From the NCBI GenBank assembly GCA_934525675.1, contig CAKSZH010000008.1, positions 21,914-85,913 of the forward strand: DNA of 64,000 nt, in the 5' to 3' direction. The stretch is from an uncultured Eubacteriales bacterium (GTDB taxonomy: Bacteria > Bacillota > Clostridia > Oscillospirales > CAG-272). The stretch's first letter is position 1. Every line of letters starts with the position of its first letter. The notes under the pieces are model-generated. The model had not been told where the DNA came from and ran no database searches. It saw only the letters and a program-made list of their open reading frames with translations. The translations under genes and the position numbers were made by a program. Shown piece by piece: positions 46,160 through 55,490 of the stretch.

Positions 46160-48352
46160 ATGAAAATGAGTCAAAGAAAACTGATTTCCGTTGTCTGCAT
46201 TGCGTTTGTCCTCCTGTTTGCGGCATCCGTTCCTGTCAGCGCGGCTTCGGCTTATCAGACTTACACCTATTCCATTTCCGGCGAGATGCTGTATTCGCCG
46301 GACGCGTACACCGCGACGCTCAGCGCCGACTACGCATATATGGGACTCGACGTGACCGACTCCAGCTGGAACAGCCAGCTTTCCAGCCCCTCCGATATGG
46401 TGGTGGACGATGAAAAGAACGTCTACATCGTGACGAGAGGCAGTAAGACCGACGAGGGTTGCGTTGTCGCACTCGACCCGTACCTCAAGGTGCGTTTCGT
46501 CATCTGCGAATTCATCAACGAGCAGGGACTGGTTGACCGCTTCAACCGTCCGCAGGGCATGTTCGTGTCGAAGGACTACATCTGGGTCTGCGACACGGAA
46601 AACCAGCGGATCGTGGTGTTTGACCGCGAGGGCAATTTCGTCAAGCAGCTCTGGAAGCCCGAAAGTCAGCTCTTCCGGGATGACGCCGGATACACCCCCA
46701 TTGCCATCGCGGTGGATAAGTACAACCGCGTGTACGTCGTTTCCAACTCGACGAGCGAAGGTATCATCATGATGACCGAGGATGGGGAGTTCACCGGATT
46801 CGTCGGTGCGCAGGCAACGACCATGTCTACCTGGGAGATCCTGATGCGTCGGTTCCAGTCCTCGACCCAGAGAGAGAATTCCGACTCCAAGGCATCCACC
46901 GAGTACCGCAACGTTTCCATCACCGAAGAGGGCTTCATTTACGCGACGGTTGACGTCAAGAGCGATTCCGACCTCGAGGGTGAGATCGAAAACGGTATGA
47001 CCTCCGGTTCTCTGACCGGTGTGTATTCCCCCGTCAAGCTGCTCAACTCCAAGGGTACGGAGATTATGAAGCGGAACGGCTTCTGGCCCCCGGCAGGCGA
47101 GGTGGACATTGATTCTCTGGATGCGTCCGAAAAGATCGGCGTTTCCAAGCTGACGGATGTCGCGGTCGGTCCCGAAAGAACCTGGACGACCATCGACACC
47201 AAGCGTAACCGTACCTACACCTACGACTACAACGGCAACCTGCTCTTCGCCTTCGGCGATAACAGCGCCATGCTCGGCGGCATCGGAAACGTCGTTGCGG
47301 TTGTGTATCAGGGCAACTCCATGCTGATCCTGGACGGCGGCAATACCAACAGTATCACCGTTTACGACCGGACGGAATACGGAGATCTGATTGTCAAGGC
47401 GCTCAACGCCGAAAACAACATGGAATACGACCTTGCGGTGGAATGCTGGAAGGGCGTGCTCCAGAGAAACTCTAACTATGACGCGGCGTACGTCGGTATC
47501 GGCAATGCGCTTTACCGCGACGGCAGATACAAGGAATCGCTTGATTACTACGAAGCCGCATACGACACGGAGAACTGGTCGAAATCCTGGACGGAGGTTC
47601 GCCGGGACTGGATGTCCAAGTACGTCCTGATCTTTGTGGCGATCATTGTCGCCGTGATCTTTGCCTGGGCGAAGTTCCTCAAGTTTGCAAAGAAAGTCAA
47701 CAAGGCAGCCACGGTGGACGGCAAGGCGCGCAAGACCTTCGGGCAGGAACTCCTGTACGGGTTCTACGTGATATTCCATCCCTTTGACGGCTTCTACGAC
47801 CTCAAGCATGAGCACCGCGGTTCGGTGCGTGCGTCCTTTGTGTTCATCGGCGCCGCCATTCTCACCTTCTTCTATCAGGCGGTGGGTGTCGGCTATGTCA
47901 TGAATCCGACGAGAGAGTTCTCCTCGCTTCTGACGCAGGCGCTGTCCGTTCTGGTTCCGCTGGTTCTGTTCATGGTGGCAAACTGGTGCCTCACCACCCT
48001 GTTTGACGGCGAGGGCAGCCTCAAGGACATCTTCATTGCGTCCTCCTATTCGCTGCTTCCCATCCCGATCCTGATTATCCCCGCGACCATTCTGTCCAAC
48101 TTCGTGACTGTGACCGAGTCTTCTCTGATTACGATGTTTACGGTGATCGCGTTCATCTGGCTCGGTATCCTGCTCTTCCTCGGCACCATGGTGACGCACG
48201 ATTATTCCATCGGGAAAAATTTCCTTACGATTTTCGCAACGGTCGTCGGCATGGTCTGCATCATGTTCCTTGCGATCCTGTTTGTGACGCTGATCGGTAA
48301 GCTGGTCAGCCTGGTTGCCAATATCGTAACGGAATTGCAATTCCGGACCTGA
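46160..48352 (+). CDS. signal peptide + NHL-repeat beta-propeller + TPR + C-terminal Yip1-type 5-TM domain protein
   Basis: RBS AGGAGG and signal ...VPVSA/AS. NHL-like blades (SPSDMVVDDEKNVYIVTRG; RPQGMFVSKDYIWVCDTENQRIVVFDREGNF; TPIAIAVDKYNRVYVVSN). TPR (YDLAVECWKGVLQRNSNYDAAYVGIGNALYRDGRYKESLDYYEAAY). Yip1-like membrane domain (FYVIFHPFDGFYDLKHE..., 5 hydrophobic helices). Confidence 0.8.
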   Translation: MKMSQRKLISVVCIAFVLLFAASVPVSAASAYQTYTYSISGEMLYSPDAYTATLSADYAYMGLDVTDSSWNSQLSSPSDMVVDDEKNVYIVTRGSKTDEGCVVALDPYLKVRFVICEFINEQGLVDRFNRPQGMFVSKDYIWVCDTENQRIVVFDREGNFVKQLWKPESQLFRDDAGYTPIAIAVDKYNRVYVVSNSTSEGIIMMTEDGEFTGFVGAQATTMSTWEILMRRFQSSTQRENSDSKASTEYRNVSITEEGFIYATVDVKSDSDLEGEIENGMTSGSLTGVYSPVKLLNSKGTEIMKRNGFWPPAGEVDIDSLDASEKIGVSKLTDVAVGPERTWTTIDTKRNRTYTYDYNGNLLFAFGDNSAMLGGIGNVVAVVYQGNSMLILDGGNTNSITVYDRTEYGDLIVKALNAENNMEYDLAVECWKGVLQRNSNYDAAYVGIGNALYRDGRYKESLDYYEAAYDTENWSKSWTEVRRDWMSKYVLIFVAIIVAVIFAWAKFLKFAKKVNKAATVDGKARKTFGQELLYGFYVIFHPFDGFYDLKHEHRGSVRASFVFIGAAILTFFYQAVGVGYVMNPTREFSSLLTQALSVLVPLVLFMVANWCLTTLFDGEGSLKDIFIASSYSLLPIPILIIPATILSNFVTVTESSLITMFTVIAFIWLGILLFLGTMVTHDYSIGKNFLTIFATVVGMVCIMFLAILFVTLIGKLVSLVANIVTELQFRT

Positions 48353-48379
48353 CCGCCAAAGCTGAAAGGAGATACAGAG

Positions 48380-51300
48380 ATGAAAAAATCCTATAAGATC
48401 ATTTCCGTGCTTCTGGCGGTTGTGTGTGCGGTCGGCGGGTTCGGCGGTCTGTTTACCGTCGGTACCCATGCCGCAACTACCGATTCCGAAGTCCAGATCA
48501 AGTATGACAACAGTTATTATGCATATCGGTTCAACTCTCCGTCGGAGAAGCTGAACGTGATGACGCCGTACATCGAATCCGATGAGTACAGACTCTACGT
48601 CAACGATGTGACCGGCGAGGTCGCGCTTTACCAGAAGACGACCGGCGAGACCATTTTCTCCAACCCTTATGATGTGTCCGCCTCCAAGGGCTCCAATGAA
48701 ACCAAGTCCCAGCTGATGTCCCAGATCATTGTGCAGTACAAGGAAAACAGCTCGACCGACAGCGTTTCCCAGTACATGTACAGCTTTGAGGAAGCAACGC
48801 TGCGCGATCAGGTGCGCGTCAAGAACATCAAGAACGGTGTCCGTGTGGAATACGTCATCGGACAGGAGACCACCAGAAAACTGGTGCCGCGCATGATTTC
48901 CAAGGACCATTTCGAGCATATGATTCTCGATCTGGTCAAGGAAGGGCTCGGCGATTCCAGACAGGGCAAGAAGGACGCACTCCGCTTTGAGTCCATGTAC
49001 GACCTCCGGAGCTACGCACGGGCGACGTCCGAAGCGGAACGCAAGGCGTTGCTGGCAACCTACCAGGTACTCCAGAACAACCGCGACTTTGAGTTCTACA
49101 TCTTCACGGAAAACGCCTCGGAGGGCGAGATCAACTGGGTCGAATCTCAGATCAAAGCATACTGCCCGAACTACACCTTCGAGCAGATGGAAGCCGACCA
49201 CGCGGAATGTATGTACGAGGAAACCAAGACCGAGTCCCCCGTATTCAAGATGGCTCTTGAATACACGCTGGATCAGAACGGGCTTTCCGTCACGCTTCCC
49301 GCCAACGGTCTGCGTTACAACTCCGGCAAGTACACGTTGGAAAACATCGCCGTGCTTCCTTACATGGGAGCGGGCAACTCCGCGAATACCGGTTACATCT
49401 TTTATCCGGACGGCGCGGGCGCGCTCTTTGACTTCGATTCGCCGGATACCAAATCGACCACGACCATCCGCGGACAGGTCTACGGCAAGGATTTCGCTTA
49501 CCACGATATTTCCACCGGTAAGTATCAGCAGTCCCTGACCAGCGCGGTATTCGGCCTGGTGGAGGAACAGGTCTATTACACCTATTCCTACGAGCAGACC
49601 TTTTACTCGCAGGACGATGTTCGCATCGAAACGCACGACAATTTCACGGTCTCCCGCACGCAGAAATCGCTGGAAAAAATTATGGAGGAGATCAACAATC
49701 CCGCCAATAACATCACACTGACCAGTGAGATCAAGACTACCTCCTACAAGAACGGTTTCTTCGTTATCATTGAGGAGGGCGAGTCGCTTGCGTCGATCGA
49801 GGTGTTCCGCCCCGGCGCACAGAGCAATTACAACTGCGCACGTGCGTACTTCAACCCGCGTCCGAAGGATACCTACGAGCTGACCGACTCCATTTCCGCA
49901 AAGGACGACGACCGCAAGAAATCCACCTGGACAGTCGTTTCTGACCGGAAATACACCGGTAACTTTACCTTGCGCTATGTGATGCTTTCCGATCCGGCTC
50001 TTGCCGCACAGGCGGGCGTCAGCTCTTACTACGAGCCGTCTTACATCGGCATGGCGCAGGTCTACCGCGATTACCTCATCCGCAATGAAGCGCTCACCCG
50101 CCTGACCGAGAAAGACGTGGACAGCGAGCATATCCCGCTTTACATCGAATCCTTCGGCACCATTGAGGCGACCGAGCAGTTCCTCTCCATCCCGGTCACG
50201 GTTCACAAGGCACTCACGACTTTTGACAATGTCGCGCAGATGTACAGGGACCTTTCCGAGGAGGGGATCACCAACGTCAACTTCCGCCTGACCGGCTTTG
50301 CCAACGGGGGCCTCTGGTACACCGTACCGGCGGCGCTCAAGTGGGAAAGTGCAGTGGGCGGCAAGAAGGGCTTCCGGGAGCTGGTGCAGTATTCCGAGAA
50401 AGTGAAGGCGTCCGGAGGGAACCTCGGTATTTACCCCGATTTCGACTTTGCTTACATCAACAAGAATACCGCGACCGACTCGACTTCGATGAAGAAGCAC
50501 GCGGTGCGTACCATCGACAACCGGTACTCCTCCAAGCGGTATTACAGCGCAACCAAGCAGAAGTACATCAGTTACTTCCAGTACGCGCTCTCTCCCGCAT
50601 ATTTCAGTTTCTTCTATGAGAAGCTGGTCGGCAACTACGACGATTACGGCGTCAAGAATATTTCGATCGCGTCGCTCGGTTCTTCGCTCAACTCGGATTT
50701 CGACAACGACGAGCCGTACAACCGCGAGGACAGCAAGTCCTACACGATCGAGGCGTTCCGCTACCTTTCCATCGACAAGGGTTACTCCGTAATGACAGAC
50801 GTCGGAAACTCCTACGTCTGGAAGTACGCGGATCATCTGCTGAACGTGGCGCTGGATTCCAGCCGCTTTACGGTGGCTTCCGCATCCGTTCCGTTTATGG
50901 GAATCGTTCTGCACGGTTATATTCAGTTTGCCGGCACCGCTATGAACATGGAAGGCAACATGGATTACGCAGTGCTCAAGTCCATCGAAAACGGTGCGTC
51001 CCCGTATTTCACGCTGTCCTATCAGAACACCGACCTGCTCAAGGAAGACGAATATTACAGCCGGTACTATTCGGTCCGCTACGACATCTGGAAGGATGAT
51101 CTGATCCGGATTTACCGCGAGATGAACGAGGTGCTTGCCGATGTTCAGCTCAAGCAGATCGTCAATCATGAGATCCTGACCGGTGTCCGTGTACTCGATG
51201 CCGGCGAGATCGCTGCTCTGATCGAAAAGCAGCTCGCAGCCACCGAAAAGGCAGAAAAGAATGCCGCGCTCAATCGGGAATACGAAGCGATCCGCACGCT

Positions 51301-52039
51301 TGCAGAGGCGATGGAATACCTCCGCGGCTCGGTTGACAAGGTCTCCTCGCTGTATTCTTCCGCACTGGTTATTCTGAAGCAACTTGACCGCGATTATGAA
51401 ACGCTCCTGTCCGACCTGGCAAAACTCGATAAGGTGCAGAGCGACCGTAACCGCGCAACCGTCAAGCGTGACGCGACCAAGATGGTGACGACCTATTACC
51501 GCCTTGTTTCGGTCTGCAAGCAGATCGACGACTATGTGAAGAAGGATCAGCAGATCTACGATAAGGTGACTGCCACCGGCGAGATCCTGCCCGATGTCCT
51601 GAAGGAACTGAACGGCTATCTCGACACGATTCGGGTGTTTACCGACAAGCTGGCAAACGGTGAGGACTACACCGGCACCAACTTTACGGGAACCGGTTTC
51701 CCGGCGCTTGCAAAGTCCGCTTACGACGGAACAGTCAGTGCCGTTTCCAGGTACTTCACGGAAGAAGAGATCCGGAACGGCGCGGTGATCCCGTCCGAGG
51801 ACGACTCCGGTTCCGATGAGGATACCGGCAACAACGAGAACGGTTCGGATACGGATCAGTCGCTCATCTGTGACAACGGCAATATTGTCGCGGTCACCTA
51901 TGGCGAGAGAAACGGAAACAACATCGTTGCTTACAAGGTCTTCATTCTCAATTACAACAACTTCACCGTCAAGGTGGAATACAACGGCGTGACATACTCT
52001 ATCCCCGGACAGGGCTATGTCGTAATCAAGATGGATTAA
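48380..52039 (+). CDS. 1219-aa secreted or N-anchored protein of unknown function (resembles what I recall as DUF5696; unverified)
   Basis: RBS AAAGGAG. N-terminal hydrophobic signal/anchor. Long beta-rich region, then a coiled-coil-like segment of about 200 aa (EIAALIEKQLAATEKAEKNAALNREYEAIRTL...), an acidic linker, and a small C-terminal domain. Confidence 0.75.
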   Translation: MKKSYKIISVLLAVVCAVGGFGGLFTVGTHAATTDSEVQIKYDNSYYAYRFNSPSEKLNVMTPYIESDEYRLYVNDVTGEVALYQKTTGETIFSNPYDVSASKGSNETKSQLMSQIIVQYKENSSTDSVSQYMYSFEEATLRDQVRVKNIKNGVRVEYVIGQETTRKLVPRMISKDHFEHMILDLVKEGLGDSRQGKKDALRFESMYDLRSYARATSEAERKALLATYQVLQNNRDFEFYIFTENASEGEINWVESQIKAYCPNYTFEQMEADHAECMYEETKTESPVFKMALEYTLDQNGLSVTLPANGLRYNSGKYTLENIAVLPYMGAGNSANTGYIFYPDGAGALFDFDSPDTKSTTTIRGQVYGKDFAYHDISTGKYQQSLTSAVFGLVEEQVYYTYSYEQTFYSQDDVRIETHDNFTVSRTQKSLEKIMEEINNPANNITLTSEIKTTSYKNGFFVIIEEGESLASIEVFRPGAQSNYNCARAYFNPRPKDTYELTDSISAKDDDRKKSTWTVVSDRKYTGNFTLRYVMLSDPALAAQAGVSSYYEPSYIGMAQVYRDYLIRNEALTRLTEKDVDSEHIPLYIESFGTIEATEQFLSIPVTVHKALTTFDNVAQMYRDLSEEGITNVNFRLTGFANGGLWYTVPAALKWESAVGGKKGFRELVQYSEKVKASGGNLGIYPDFDFAYINKNTATDSTSMKKHAVRTIDNRYSSKRYYSATKQKYISYFQYALSPAYFSFFYEKLVGNYDDYGVKNISIASLGSSLNSDFDNDEPYNREDSKSYTIEAFRYLSIDKGYSVMTDVGNSYVWKYADHLLNVALDSSRFTVASASVPFMGIVLHGYIQFAGTAMNMEGNMDYAVLKSIENGASPYFTLSYQNTDLLKEDEYYSRYYSVRYDIWKDDLIRIYREMNEVLADVQLKQIVNHEILTGVRVLDAGEIAALIEKQLAATEKAEKNAALNREYEAIRTLAEAMEYLRGSVDKVSSLYSSALVILKQLDRDYETLLSDLAKLDKVQSDRNRATVKRDATKMVTTYYRLVSVCKQIDDYVKKDQQIYDKVTATGEILPDVLKELNGYLDTIRVFTDKLANGEDYTGTNFTGTGFPALAKSAYDGTVSAVSRYFTEEEIRNGAVIPSEDDSGSDEDTGNNENGSDTDQSLICDNGNIVAVTYGERNGNNIVAYKVFILNYNNFTVKVEYNGVTYSIPGQGYVVIKMD

Positions 52040-52051
52040 GGAGGTGCGGAT

Positions 52052-53020
52052 ATGACTAAAGGTGAACCTGTCAAGAACACAATGAATACCGCAAGTCCTG
52101 TGAAGAAAAAGAAGAAAAAAGCGGCGTCGCTGGACCGGAAAAAGGCTCGCGCCGGCTGGCTCTTCGTTCTTCCCTTCGTCATCGGTCTGATCGTCATTTA
52201 TCTTCCGCTGATCTACAATTCCATCTCGCTCAGCTTCTGCACCAATACCAGCACCTCCGCCGGCACGGTTTATACCTTCGTCGGATGGGAGAATTACCGT
52301 AATGCACTCTTGAAAGATACCCAGTTCGTGCCGACCCTGCTCTCAGGGCTCGGCGAACTGGTACTCCAGATCCCGGCGATCGTCATTTTCGCTCTGTTCA
52401 TGGCGGTGCTCCTGAACCAGAAGATGGCGGGTCGTGCCGCGTTCCGTGCGATCTTCTTCATCCCGGTCGTGATTTCAACCGGTATTATGGAGTCGATCAA
52501 TGCCGCGGACGTGGTGACCGGTTCCTCGCAGGCGGGAGTCGATACCGGTGCGGACACGTCAAACAGTATCGTCAACGTCATGGACCTGGAACGATTGTTC
52601 AGCAACATGAAGATCGGCAGTCAGCTTGCCACTTACGTGGTGGACATTGTCAATAACATTTATGACATCGTCAACAAGGCGGGCGTGCAGATGCTGATCT
52701 TCCTCGCAGGTCTTCAGGCGATCTCTCCCGCAATCTACGAGTCCTGTAAGATCGACGGCGCGACCGGTTGGGAAACCTTCTGGAAGATCACCTTCCCGAT
52801 GATCAGCCCGATGATCCTTGTCAACGGGGTGTACACCATCATTGACTCCTTTACATCGGAAACCAATACCGTGATGGCGTATATCAGCGAGATTTACAGT
52901 ACGAGTGAAGTCAAGAGTTCGGCAATGGCGTGGATTTACTTCCTGATCGTCATGCTGATCGTCGGTATCATCGCCGCGATCATTTCCGCCAATGTGTTCT
53001 ATCAGCGGCGGGAACGCTGA
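52052..53020 (+). CDS. carbohydrate ABC transporter permease (MalF-like), pair B
   Basis: 322 aa. EAA-loop YESCKIDGATGWETFWKITFPMISP. RBS AAGGAGG upstream. Confidence 0.88.
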   Translation: MTKGEPVKNTMNTASPVKKKKKKAASLDRKKARAGWLFVLPFVIGLIVIYLPLIYNSISLSFCTNTSTSAGTVYTFVGWENYRNALLKDTQFVPTLLSGLGELVLQIPAIVIFALFMAVLLNQKMAGRAAFRAIFFIPVVISTGIMESINAADVVTGSSQAGVDTGADTSNSIVNVMDLERLFSNMKIGSQLATYVVDIVNNIYDIVNKAGVQMLIFLAGLQAISPAIYESCKIDGATGWETFWKITFPMISPMILVNGVYTIIDSFTSETNTVMAYISEIYSTSEVKSSAMAWIYFLIVMLIVGIIAAIISANVFYQRRER

Positions 53021-53037
53021 GAGAGGAGGAGTCAGTT

Positions 53038-54219
53038 ATGAACGCACAAAACACAAGTCCGAAGGTCGTGCGGGAATCCAAGAACCGGATCCGAGTGGAC
53101 TTCGAAAGAACTCCTCTCAAGGACCGGCTCAAGGCGAAATTTCTTAATGTTGCCTTCCTTTCCAAAGCGGTGGTCTACATTTTCCGCCTGCTCCTTCTGA
53201 TCGGCATTTCCTACGTGGTGCTGTATCCGTTCATCGCAAAGATCTGCGCGTCCTTCATGGCAGGGCAGGACTTTATCGATGCCACGGTCCGGCTGATTCC
53301 CAAGAATTTCACGCTGGAACAGTATCAGAAGATTATTTCGGAGCTTGGGTATTTCGACGCCTTCAAGAACACGTTTATCCTTTCCTTTACCTGTGCGGTT
53401 CTGCAGACCTTCATTTGCTGTCTGATCGGCTATGGTCTTGCAAAGTTCCGCTTCAAGGGAAACAAGATTCTGTTCCTTCTGGTGATGCTGACCATGATTA
53501 TTCCTCACCAGACGCTCCGGCTTTCCATGTATTACAACTTCCGTCATTTTGACATCCTCGGTATCTTCCAGCTACTCGGCGGCGGCGGATTCTCCATTCT
53601 CGGCGGTATCAAGTCGGATGCGGGCGGATTCCTCGGGGCGCTTTACAACTTCAACGAAGCGGTCAAGGGAGCGATCAATATCGCGCCGCATACCATTTCC
53701 CAGAGCACCGGTGCCATTGTCTACACCTCCATCTGGGATGCGGGCGGTCTCAACCTGACCAATACCTACGCGCCGCTGATCCTGCTTTCCATGACGGGAC
53801 TTGCGTTCAAGAACGGTCTGTATATTTTCCTGCTCCGTCAGTTCTTTTGCGGAATCCCGGATGAATTGGAAGAGTCTGCGTATATCGATGGCGCGGGAAC
53901 CTTCCGGACCTTTGTCCAGATTATTCTTCCGATCTCCATTCCGATGATGATTACGGTGTTCCTGTTCTCCTTCTGCTGGCAGTGGACGGACAACTTCTAC
54001 ACCAATGTCTTCTTCACAAGCAATTCCAAGATCAAACTGCTTGTGAACATCGTCGGTGTGCCGCGATCCATTCTGAATGGGACGAATTACGGTGTCAAGT
54101 ATCAGTCGGCGATCAAGAATACCTGCGGTCTGATGATTATCGCTCCTCTTGTGGTAATCTACCTCTTCCTGCAGAGATATCTGGTCGAAGGCATCGAACG
54201 GTCCGGTATCACGGGTTGA
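53038..54219 (+). CDS. carbohydrate ABC transporter permease (MalG-like, with extra loop), pair B
   Basis: 393 aa from ATG 53038 (RBS GAGGAGGAG). EAA-loop EESAYIDGAGTFRTFVQIILPISIP. Confidence 0.88.
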   Translation: MNAQNTSPKVVRESKNRIRVDFERTPLKDRLKAKFLNVAFLSKAVVYIFRLLLLIGISYVVLYPFIAKICASFMAGQDFIDATVRLIPKNFTLEQYQKIISELGYFDAFKNTFILSFTCAVLQTFICCLIGYGLAKFRFKGNKILFLLVMLTMIIPHQTLRLSMYYNFRHFDILGIFQLLGGGGFSILGGIKSDAGGFLGALYNFNEAVKGAINIAPHTISQSTGAIVYTSIWDAGGLNLTNTYAPLILLSMTGLAFKNGLYIFLLRQFFCGIPDELEESAYIDGAGTFRTFVQIILPISIPMMITVFLFSFCWQWTDNFYTNVFFTSNSKIKLLVNIVGVPRSILNGTNYGVKYQSAIKNTCGLMIIAPLVVIYLFLQRYLVEGIERSGITG

Positions 54220-54248
54220 TCCCGCGAAACGGATATCCGAATCATCAA

Positions 54249-54290
54249 GAGCCCCGCACACCTTGGTGTGCGGGGCTCTTTGACGTTTTG
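54249..54290 (+). terminator. Rho-independent terminator ending the ABC-type locus
   Basis: 14-bp stem GAGCCCCGCACACC/GGTGTGCGGGGCTC followed by TTTGACGTTTT. Confidence 0.75.
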
Positions 54291-54527
54291 AGCGAGCGGG
54301 GTGCAGGCGGTACTGTGTTCCCCGATCGGGAAAAATGACAGGGAATCGGTGTAGGGCAACGGCTTTTCCGGTGAAAAATTGTATGCAGAAATTTCCGGGG
54401 AGTATTTATCGGCATCCGTGCGGTACGGGGCGACTTCCGCCCGCCCCGCGGCACATTCTGCGCCAGGGTGCGGACTTCCGCCGCCCTGTACCGCACGTCG
54501 CCTACGCCCACCGCATGAAATCCCTGC

Positions 54528-55490
54528 TTACTCCGTTTTTTGTATTCCCTCCGATGTTGCGCCCGTTTTGGGGAGGCTCTGCTCCTTGTCCTGCGGATCT
54601 TCCCACAGATTCCACGGGTACCGGTCCATGGGCGGGGCGCTGCATACCTCCACCCGTTCTCCGGTCACCGGATGCAGGAACGAGATCCGGTGCGACCAAA
54701 GTGCCGCCGCGGGACTTTGGTTGTCCCTTCCACCGTACTTGCCGTCCCCCGCAAGCGGACAGCGGCGGGCGGCAAACTGCGCCCGGATCTGGTGCGTCCG
54801 CCCCGTGTGAAGCAAAACGCGGCAGAGGGAAAGCGGATTTCCTTTGTCATTGATCCGGCTGTCCTGTACGCGGTAGTCGAGAACCGCCCGCTTGGCGCCC
54901 TTGCGCTCGCCTTTTACGACAAATACCTTGCCGCGCGTGCGGTCGAAGAACAGGAAGTCTTCCATCCGTCCCTCGGGCGGCTCCGGAATTCCTTCCGCAA
55001 CCGCGAGATATTCTTTTTCAAATCTGCCGTCGTGCGCGGCAATGGCTTCGGAGAGCTTTCCCGTGACCTTCGGGTCACGGGAAAAGAGCATTGCCCCGCC
55101 CGTCGTGCGGTCCAGCCGGTGTACCGAGCCGATATACCCGCCCACCTGCGCTTCCAGAAGCGAGAGAATGTCCCGCCCGTCCGCGCTTTTTTCGGAGAGA
55201 ACGCCGATCGGTTTCTCCGCTACGAGCAGATACGCGTCACGGTAAAGAATTTTCAGGGAAGCCACTGTGCCGGAAGTCGCCGCACCGGAAGCAATTTTAA
55301 CGGGACCGGGGTTGACGGATTTTTTCGTAGATGTGGTGCCTGCCGCAACAGCGCGATTTCCCGGAAATTTGTCGTTCTCCGTCACGGAACCGTTTTCCGC
55401 AACGGCGTCAGTCGTAACTTTATTGCTCCCGCCCGTGCCGTTCTTCGTTCGGGCAGATACCTGATACAATTGTTCTTTTTTCTGCTTCAT
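54528..55490 (-). CDS. RluA-family pseudouridine synthase with ~85-aa low-complexity N-terminal region
   Basis: Core ILYRDAYLLVAEKPIGVLSE, GSVHRLDRTTGGAMLF (catalytic Asp), HTGRTHQIRAQF. The ATG overlaps the upstream stop (ATGA). Confidence 0.85.
   Translation of the reverse strand: MKQKKEQLYQVSARTKNGTGGSNKVTTDAVAENGSVTENDKFPGNRAVAAGTTSTKKSVNPGPVKIASGAATSGTVASLKILYRDAYLLVAEKPIGVLSEKSADGRDILSLLEAQVGGYIGSVHRLDRTTGGAMLFSRDPKVTGKLSEAIAAHDGRFEKEYLAVAEGIPEPPEGRMEDFLFFDRTRGKVFVVKGERKGAKRAVLDYRVQDSRINDKGNPLSLCRVLLHTGRTHQIRAQFAARRCPLAGDGKYGGRDNQSPAAALWSHRISFLHPVTGERVEVCSAPPMDRYPWNLWEDPQDKEQSLPKTGATSEGIQKTE

Noticed and set aside
46112-51382. 1756-aa ORF on the minus strand spanning the Yip1-like gene and most of the 1219-aa gene
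   Set aside because: It is the antisense shadow of two well-supported plus-strand genes in GC-rich DNA. The translation is Arg/Gly/Val/His-rich with no motifs, no RBS and no domain-like segments, whereas the plus-strand genes have RBSs, signal peptides and recognisable domains.
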